Assembly (NCBI GenBank): GCA_044892505.1
Contig: CM097882.1
Coordinates: 368,652,001 to 368,716,000 of the forward strand
From: Schmidtea nova
Taxonomy: Eukaryota
Length of the DNA stretch: 64,000 nucleotides
Direction: 5' to 3'
This document shows, one piece after another, positions 57,319 through 64,000 of this stretch. Within the stretch, counting starts at the first letter, position 1, and each line of letters opens with the position of its first letter. The notes below the pieces were generated by a model. It was not told the DNA's origin and did no database searches. It saw only the letters and a program-made list of their open reading frames with translations. The position numbers and the translations under genes are program-made.

Positions 57319-60300
57319 CTATATCACCATCACTGTCTTTCCTTCGTATCGCTCTTCATCTTCTATTTGTCTCCAAAATTCTTTACCTTTCGTCCTCCTT
57401 TGGAATTCTTTATGTACTTCTTCCGGTAATTCTATACTGTAGTTCATAATCTTTATATCTGGCCAATGTGTTATTGGTTTCTTGTTGAATACATCATATA
57501 TCCATATTATTAATAATACTGTTATTACTGGAATAGTTGCTGCTAGTATTCTTAGACCAATTAGTTCTCTAACTTGTTTGTTTACGTCCATCTTCGTAAT
57601 TTCACTCTGGTTAATCATTGGTCCGTATTGTCCCTTTAGTTTATTTAGTAGTTGTTCTCGTTCTTGTTGTTTTCTTTTAACTTCTTTAATTACTTCTTCC
57701 GGCGTCCATCTTGCGTAAGGGTCTATTACTACTTGTTCTGCGTCCATTCGTTTCGTTGTCTGACTTAATTCTTTAAATTCGAGTTTTCTCACTTTCCCTT
57801 TGGACGTTGAGTTTACCGGTGTGTAGTACGTTTCGCATCTTTCCTGCTGATTTCCCAATATGTCCGTCTTTTCTACCGCACATATCTCGTATTCTCTATT
57901 AAATTTCAGATTTTTGATACTCATTTCTTCTTTTCCTTTTATGTTTTCGCAGTATCGTGGCTGTCTTTCTTTTTGTTCCTGAACTACTGCCCAACATATT
58001 TCTAACGTTTTATTGTCTATTCTCCATAGTATAAGAGTTGTTGTAGTATTCTTTTCGGTTTTTCTTTGTATTTCTTGGTTTTTCTGTTGTCCATTAGGTT
58101 TAAAGGTAGTGGTATACCTCGCTTTTCCTTTGTTCCGTTGTCTTCTACTTTTTCGCGTTGTCTTTCCAACTCTTGTTCTGGTGGGTGTTTTATATAATTT
58201 GCATTCCAATTCATTTACTGTTATTTTGTCGCTCTTCCTGATCAGGCATATTTCGTACGTTTGATTACTTTCTAACCCTTCTATCTGTATTGTGGTTGTT
58301 CCTCTGTTTGTTCGACATTGCGGCGGTGTATTCTGGTTTGTTTTCTTTTCCTGCTTCTTCCAGCATACGCCTTTGACGTCCGGTTCTATTCCGGTTAACT
58401 CTAACATTATAGTTGTTCTCCGTTTGGTGCGTTTATTTCTTCTTCCTCGTCGTATGAACTTTATTGTTTCCCCAGGTTGAAATGTTTTACAACTTGTCGT
58501 TCCTTTCTTGTGTCTTTCTTTTTCTAGTAAACATAGTTCATACGTCCTGTCTGCTTTTACTTCTGATATCTTGGTTACTTTATTTGTTTTCCTTTTCCGA
58601 CTCGTCTTTATTTCGCTTACGCCAATTTCTTCGTTGCTTCTGGCCCAACACTTTGGGTTGGTGTTTTGGGTGTCGTTCATCTCTGTTACTGCCATTGTGT
58701 CAATGTCTATCCCTTCTTCTAACCGTTTTAACATTGTTAATAAGAGTGCTAAACATAGTAATTCTGTTTGGTAGGTCACTCTTTCGGTCTCGTTTGTGGT
58801 TACTCTTGCTTCGGGCCTGTCTATGGTAATTTGTATAGTTGGCGTTGTTCGTCTGTCTATTGTCTGGGGTTTTTTGTTTTTTGTTCCTTGGGTCTCTGTT
58901 TTTCCACACTTTCCTACGACGTAGTCTCCTTTGGATGTCTGCTGTACTGTTATGGTTACTTTGGGTGTTAGGTAGTTTGCACATGCGATTGTGTTGTGTG
59001 ATCTTGGATTCTTTTGTTTTCTGATGGTGCATATTTTGTACCAAGTATCTAGCTCTAAGTCATCGATCTCTATGATTTCTTGTTCATATTCTGAGATCCT
59101 GCAATCCATTGGACTATTTTGTCCCGATATTTTGTCCTTTTTTGACCAACATACTCGTTCGATTCCTTTTGCGTTTCCAATTTGTATTGTCGCTCTTTCT
59201 TCACATATCATTCCTTGAGTTGGACTAATTAAGGTCATGATTACCGTTAGTAATAATAGTTCTGGTTTAAAGAATGGGTTTATTGTTTGTTTGTAGCCTG
59301 TTCTTTTTGCTTCGTTTTTATTTTTATAGTTGTTGTTTCTTTGTTTCCCAAATTCATTTTTCTTATCATTTTTCTCTGTGTCCCTTCCTTTCTCTTCACT
59401 GTCCTCTTCATCTAATAACTCATGATCCTCTGGATTTTCTCGAGTACTATCGTCGTCGTTTCCTGTATTGTCGCCTCCCCTTTGGTCGTTGAAAATGTCG
59501 TCCTCGACATTAATTGCTTCTATCATTTTTTCATACGTTATGGTTGTGAGTATACTTGCTTCATATTCTTGTGTTACTGCCTGCTTAGGTATTTCCTTAT
59601 CGGTTAATTTACAATCTAGAATCTCTTTCTTGGCTTTTATCCAATTATTAAGGTACGTTTTCATTAGTTCTTTCCATTTGTCCGTACGTTCTGTTTCCTT
59701 TGGGTTGTTTGTGAATCGTAAATCTTTTCTTCTCATGAAGATATCTATTATCTTTGGCCATTTGTTTATTATTAATGCACACTTTATATACAAATTTTGG
59801 CCTTGTTCCATGCACTCGTTGATCCTGAATGCTGGTTCATTGGTGTTTGGGTTCATCCAATTGAGTATTGCTTCAGTTAGTTCAGCGTTATGCATCATGG
59901 AATGTACGCTAGCTTTTTTAACTGTCCTTGTAAGGTATTCTATTTCCTCCTGATTTGTGATTGTTTTTATAAAATTTATCACTTCCCAATTGTGCGTTAA
60001 CAACGCTACGTCTAGTATTGAGCTGTCTTTGTTCGTTCTTCCCATGAGTCTTGCACCTGCTTCGTACAGTTCCTGTAACACTCGGGTTTTTGTGTTCGCT
60101 CTTGCTGCGAATATCATGAGGGTATCTCCCTTTTTATCTTTCATGTTCATGTCACTTCCGCAATCTTGCATCAACCGTGCAATTTCGACTACCCTCCTAT
60201 CTTTTCCTGCTCGTAAGGCTCTATGTATTGGCAATACTCCATTCTTTGTTAATAAGAAAGTCACTGGCATTTCTCTTTTTATGATCATCATATCGTTTTC

Positions 60301-63300
60301 ATTGTAAGTTCCTTCCGCATATGCGTGTACCTTTTCCACAATTGCTCCGAGTATCTCCAGTGTATGTTTAGAATTTTCGAATTCTGGTAATAGTTCTTTT
60401 GCTTTGTCCTGTATCGCATCTAACCTTTCTTGATATGGTACCTCTGCGCTGAAAAGTGGTGTAAATTTCCTTTTGCTTTCTCTTTCCTTTTGACATAGGA
60501 ATTGTTTGCATTTTTCGGGGTGGTTTAATGTGTCTATTAGTTTGTCATACTCCTCCTCCACCGTTTTATATTTGTCTTGAAAATTGGATATATCTTTGTA
60601 AGTTATCGTCTTGGTTAGCGATTTTGCACACCATTCCCTAATTTTCCTGAATAATGCTTCTTTTTCATTTTCGAATTTACACTCCTCTTTGTTTTTGGAA
60701 ATTATGATATTTCTTCTGTCTAATAACGTTAACAGTGTTTTCTGGTCACAAACTAATTTTAATAGGAATTGTAATAACGCGTTTTGTCCTTTACTGTATA
60801 CTTCGTTTATATTTAATACCCATGTATCATTTTCGGATCTTTTCCATTTTATTAGCTTGCGTATTGTTTTGCAGTTACCGATTTTTATTGCCTCCTTGAT
60901 TATATCACCTTTGATCAGTTCGTCTATTTCCCAAGTGGCCTTCTCGATTATTTGTTTGAGCATTATCTGATTTGAGCTCCATATTGCGTGATTCAAGACT
61001 GTTTTGTTTTCTCTATCGCGTTCCGTCCAGTTGAAATCGGCATTTATCAAAAGGTCTATTATTGCTTTATCCGATTTGTAGATGGCTGCTACCATTAATG
61101 GTGTTTCTTGTTCGCTATTCCCAAAACCAAGGTGTTGGTTTGTTTCCTTAGCGATTTTTAGAAATTCTTTTACTCTTTCTACTTCTCCCCATTTTATGGC
61201 GTTATGTAATGCTGGTTGTCCTCCTATGTCTTGTAGTGAAAGTATTTCTGGAATTTTCTCCAGTAGTTCTGAAACGACTGGTTTTGTTGGTAGTCCCCTT
61301 GCGTAATCACTAATTATCGACTGAATGTCTCTTAATATATCGTCTCTGACATGCCATTTTCCCATTATTTCTCTGGCTTTTAGTACAATTTCCTTGTTTC
61401 TTTTTTCTTGTTGATTGTTTTCTGCTTCTGTACTTTCATTGGTTGCTCTGAGCATATTCATTCTGGCTGTCTGGGATCTGGTTATTATTCGTTCTTCTGG
61501 CGCTGTGGTTATTGTCTTTGGTACTTTTTTGCATCTGCATGTATTAACGTATATTGGTCGTATCAATGGTCGATTAACAAGTTTTACCTTCACATTGTTT
61601 TCCTTTTTGTATATAACTTCGTAAGGGCCTTTTCCTGGTCTTTGTAGTTTTTTAACGGTTCCTAGTATTATTTCTGGGGTTTCTATCATTACCCAATCTC
61701 CGGGTTTAAGATCATTTGTTTTAACATTTTTCTTTTGATCGTGTAGGTCCTTGTAACTTTCTTGATAAAACTTTATGTTTAGTTCTGCTGTCTTCCATAT
61801 CTCTTGCATTCGTTCTTTGAATTTGGTGACGTAATCATCTTCCTCCATATATTGAGACAAGGGTGGTTGATATTCAAGATCTATTGGCATATTGCATTCC
61901 CTTCCATACATTAATTGAAATGGACTCAATTTTGTTGCTGCGTGTATCGACATTCGGTATGCTATTAGACATAGCTTTATGTACTCATCCCAATCTGTTT
62001 GGTGTTTGCTTACATAATTGGATAACATTCGAATCAATGTGCCGTTAAATCTTTCCGTTTGTCCATTGGTTTGCGGATGATATGGTGACGTTCGTAATTT
62101 GGCTATTCTGAAGTAATTTGTTACTTCATCTAATATTTCACTCATAAAATTTGTCCCTTGATCTGTCAGTATTTGTTTCGGGGTTCCGTATCGACAACAT
62201 ATTTCCTCTACTAAAATTCTTGCTACGGTCTTTGCTTTTTGATCCGGCATCGCAAATGCTTCAGGGAATTTAGTCAAATAATCCGTTATTACCAATATAT
62301 ATTGATTCCCGTTTAAACTTTCTGGCAATGGTCCTATTACATCCATCGCAATGGTAGTCATTGGTTCCGCTGGTATTGGCATGGGTTTTAAGGGATTTTT
62401 CCATTTCTTCCCACTATCCTTTCTTGTGGCACAAGTTAAACAGTTCTTTATCCATTCCTTTACGTCTTCGTCCATTGTTGGCCAATAATATTTTTGTCTC
62501 ATGCGATCTAATGTTTTCTTATCGGACATGTGTCCTCCCAACTTTCCGTCGTGGTATTGAGTTATTATCTCTTTTCGTCTATTACCTGGCAGACACATTA
62601 ATCGTTTTTCTCCATCCTGTATTAATAACCATCCTTTTTCTATTGTGTATCGATGTTGGTATTTCCTCATGTGTTCTTTTAACTCCGCATTGTCTTTGAA
62701 TACATCCATATTCCGTGAGCTTAGGAATTCTATGATGGGTCTTAGTTCTTTATCCTCTTGCTGATCTTTCTTTAACTCGCTGAAATCCAAATCCTCTGCT
62801 ATCATTATGCATATTCTTTGCACTTCTGGGTCTGTTAATTCTGGAAACGTTAATCTTGACATGCAATCTGCGTTGGCATTCGCTTTTCCTGATTTGAATT
62901 TTATATCTGGTGAATATTCTTGTAATTGCATCGCCCATCTCATTAATCTGCTGGATGTTTCCTTATGTTGTCCTAGCCATACCAGTGGTTGATGATCCGT
63001 GGTTATGCATATAATGTGTCCCCATAATAGATATTTAAAGTGTTTTATTGCTAATATTATTGCCAATGCTTCTCTCTCCGTTACTGAATAATTCTTCTCG
63101 TGTTTCTTGAATGTTCTGCTATAATATCCGATCACTCGTTCTTTACCTTCGTCATCATATTGTCCTAACACTGCTCCTGCTGCATATCCACTTGCGTCAG
63201 TCGCGAGTAAGAACGGCTTCTTGAAATTCGGGTGAACCAATATTGGTGCAGTTATTAGCTTATCTCTCAATGTTTCAAAGGCTGTTTGTTGTTCGCTTCC

Positions 63301-63999
63301 CCATATGAACGATACGTCTTTCTTTACTAGCTCCTGGATTGGTTTTGCAATTCCTGCGTAATCCTTTATGAATTTTCTATAGTAACCGCATAATCCGAGA
63401 AATTCTTGGATCTGCGTTATAGTCTTTGGTATTGGACATTCTTTTACTTTATCAATGTTTCTGGGATCCGGTTCCTTTCCTTTTGCGGACACAATATGTC
63501 CTAAGAATGTCACTTTCTCTTTTGCCCAATCACATTTCGATGGTTTGAGCTTGAGTTTCCATTGTCTCAATCTCACAAATACATCTCTGATATCTTGGAT
63601 GTGTTGTTCAAATGTGCCTGAATATATTAACAGATCGTCGATGTAAACCATGCATTGTTTTATGCCGTGGGTGACAAAATTCATACATCTTTGAAATGAT
63701 GCTGGCGCATTGGTTAGTCCAAATGGCATTTTCCTAAATTGGTACAAGTCTCTTCCGATAGTGAAAGCAGTTTTCTCTTTGTCTTCCTCCTTCATTTTAA
63801 TTTGCCAGTATCCGCTTTTCAAATCCAATGATGTAAAATATGCCGCTCCTTGTAATGTCAATAACATCTCGTTGATGTCCGGTAATGGGTAGGTATCCCT
63901 TTTTGTAACTGCATTTAATCTCCGATAATCAATACAAAATCGTTGTGTTCCGTCTTTCTTTTTCACCATTACAACTGGGAATTGCCACGGTGAGCAGCT
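57319..63999 (-). CDS. pol: Pol (RT, RNase H, integrase, GPY/F) fused in frame to ankyrin repeats and a signal / FN3-like / TM module; open beyond the window edge
   Basis: MPFGL, YIDD, LATDAS, HHCC, AMDVIG, TDQG, QTER and GPY (about 64000-61600). Ankyrin motifs GQPALHNA, ETPLMVAA, LPIHRA and DTLMIFAA (about 61225-59950). Hydrophobic signal at 59212-59265. Four CW...L....YEIC...C repeats. TM at 57497-57565. No stop over 2216+ codons. Confidence 0.92.
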   Translation of the reverse strand, partial: SCSPWQFPVVMVKKKDGTQRFCIDYRRLNAVTKRDTYPLPDINEMLLTLQGAAYFTSLDLKSGYWQIKMKEEDKEKTAFTIGRDLYQFRKMPFGLTNAPASFQRCMNFVTHGIKQCMVYIDDLLIYSGTFEQHIQDIRDVFVRLRQWKLKLKPSKCDWAKEKVTFLGHIVSAKGKEPDPRNIDKVKECPIPKTITQIQEFLGLCGYYRKFIKDYAGIAKPIQELVKKDVSFIWGSEQQTAFETLRDKLITAPILVHPNFKKPFLLATDASGYAAGAVLGQYDDEGKERVIGYYSRTFKKHEKNYSVTEREALAIILAIKHFKYLLWGHIICITTDHQPLVWLGQHKETSSRLMRWAMQLQEYSPDIKFKSGKANANADCMSRLTFPELTDPEVQRICIMIAEDLDFSELKKDQQEDKELRPIIEFLSSRNMDVFKDNAELKEHMRKYQHRYTIEKGWLLIQDGEKRLMCLPGNRRKEIITQYHDGKLGGHMSDKKTLDRMRQKYYWPTMDEDVKEWIKNCLTCATRKDSGKKWKNPLKPMPIPAEPMTTIAMDVIGPLPESLNGNQYILVITDYLTKFPEAFAMPDQKAKTVARILVEEICCRYGTPKQILTDQGTNFMSEILDEVTNYFRIAKLRTSPYHPQTNGQTERFNGTLIRMLSNYVSKHQTDWDEYIKLCLIAYRMSIHAATKLSPFQLMYGRECNMPIDLEYQPPLSQYMEEDDYVTKFKERMQEIWKTAELNIKFYQESYKDLHDQKKNVKTNDLKPGDWVMIETPEIILGTVKKLQRPGKGPYEVIYKKENNVKVKLVNRPLIRPIYVNTCRCKKVPKTITTAPEERIITRSQTARMNMLRATNESTEAENNQQEKRNKEIVLKAREIMGKWHVRDDILRDIQSIISDYARGLPTKPVVSELLEKIPEILSLQDIGGQPALHNAIKWGEVERVKEFLKIAKETNQHLGFGNSEQETPLMVAAIYKSDKAIIDLLINADFNWTERDRENKTVLNHAIWSSNQIMLKQIIEKATWEIDELIKGDIIKEAIKIGNCKTIRKLIKWKRSENDTWVLNINEVYSKGQNALLQFLLKLVCDQKTLLTLLDRRNIIISKNKEECKFENEKEALFRKIREWCAKSLTKTITYKDISNFQDKYKTVEEEYDKLIDTLNHPEKCKQFLCQKERESKRKFTPLFSAEVPYQERLDAIQDKAKELLPEFENSKHTLEILGAIVEKVHAYAEGTYNENDMMIIKREMPVTFLLTKNGVLPIHRALRAGKDRRVVEIARLMQDCGSDMNMKDKKGDTLMIFAARANTKTRVLQELYEAGARLMGRTNKDSSILDVALLTHNWEVINFIKTITNQEEIEYLTRTVKKASVHSMMHNAELTEAILNWMNPNTNEPAFRINECMEQGQNLYIKCALIINKWPKIIDIFMRRKDLRFTNNPKETERTDKWKELMKTYLNNWIKAKKEILDCKLTDKEIPKQAVTQEYEASILTTITYEKMIEAINVEDDIFNDQRGGDNTGNDDDSTRENPEDHELLDEEDSEEKGRDTEKNDKKNEFGKQRNNNYKNKNEAKRTGYKQTINPFFKPELLLLTVIMTLISPTQGMICEERATIQIGNAKGIERVCWSKKDKISGQNSPMDCRISEYEQEIIEIDDLELDTWYKICTIRKQKNPRSHNTIACANYLTPKVTITVQQTSKGDYVVGKCGKTETQGTKNKKPQTIDRRTTPTIQITIDRPEARVTTNETERVTYQTELLCLALLLTMLKRLEEGIDIDTMAVTEMNDTQNTNPKCWARSNEEIGVSEIKTSRKRKTNKVTKISEVKADRTYELCLLEKERHKKGTTSCKTFQPGETIKFIRRGRRNKRTKRRTTIMLELTGIEPDVKGVCWKKQEKKTNQNTPPQCRTNRGTTTIQIEGLESNQTYEICLIRKSDKITVNELECKLYKTPTRTRVGKTTRKSRRQRNKGKARYTTTFKPNGQQKNQEIQRKTEKNTTTTLILWRIDNKTLEICWAVVQEQKERQPRYCENIKGKEEMSIKNLKFNREYEICAVEKTDILGNQQERCETYYTPVNSTSKGKVRKLEFKELSQTTKRMDAEQVVIDPYARWTPEEVIKEVKRKQQEREQLLNKLKGQYGPMINQSEITKMDVNKQVRELIGLRILAATIPVITVLLIIWIYDVFNKKPITHWPDIKIMNYSIELPEEVHKEFQRRTKGKEFWRQIEDEERYEGKTVMVI

Positions 64000-64000
64000 T

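Larger units (their letters stand above)
50008..64000 (-). mobile_element. Giant Ty3/gypsy-type LTR retroelement with cargo genes (continues beyond the window)
   Basis: RT-RH-INT Pol with an in-frame extension, four co-oriented cargo ORFs and an LTR-like terminal region with a promoter. Uniform A/G-rich sense-strand composition across all ORFs. Confidence 0.85.

Overview
AT-rich eukaryotic (metazoan) genomic DNA with assembly gaps. A planarian or other flatworm host is a low-confidence inference from composition and repeat content. One host gene runs through most of the window on the + strand: a Cys-less ('Pro-loop') pentameric ligand-gated ion channel. Its four phase-0 exons are at 2171-2299, 14843-15121, 17862-18065 and 48349-48447, and its 5' exons lie upstream of the window. 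The introns, including one of about 30 kb, are filled with nested transposons: a CsRn1-clade Ty3/gypsy element, two compact gypsy-like elements, several mariners, a piggyBac, hAT, Merlin and MULE/Foldback pieces, solo LTRs and Penelope-type hammerhead ribozyme motifs. The two compact elements share a non-canonical PBS; one is internally inverted and the other has 87-bp LTRs. The most striking system is a giant minus-strand LTR retroelement at 50008 to beyond 64000. Its Pol ORF continues in frame into ankyrin repeats and then into a signal-peptide / 4x FN3-like / transmembrane module in the env position. Four cargo genes follow: a small coiled coil, a full-length TRAF, a coiled coil ending in ETIV and a type-I membrane protein. 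They are separated by 82-125 nt spacers that each end in a splice-acceptor-like YAG just before the ATG and carry UGUA(A/U)AUA motifs. The element's ~3.3-kb LTR itself contains ORFs and a covarying structured motif that is present in three diverged copies in the window. All assignments are by eye, with no database searches.
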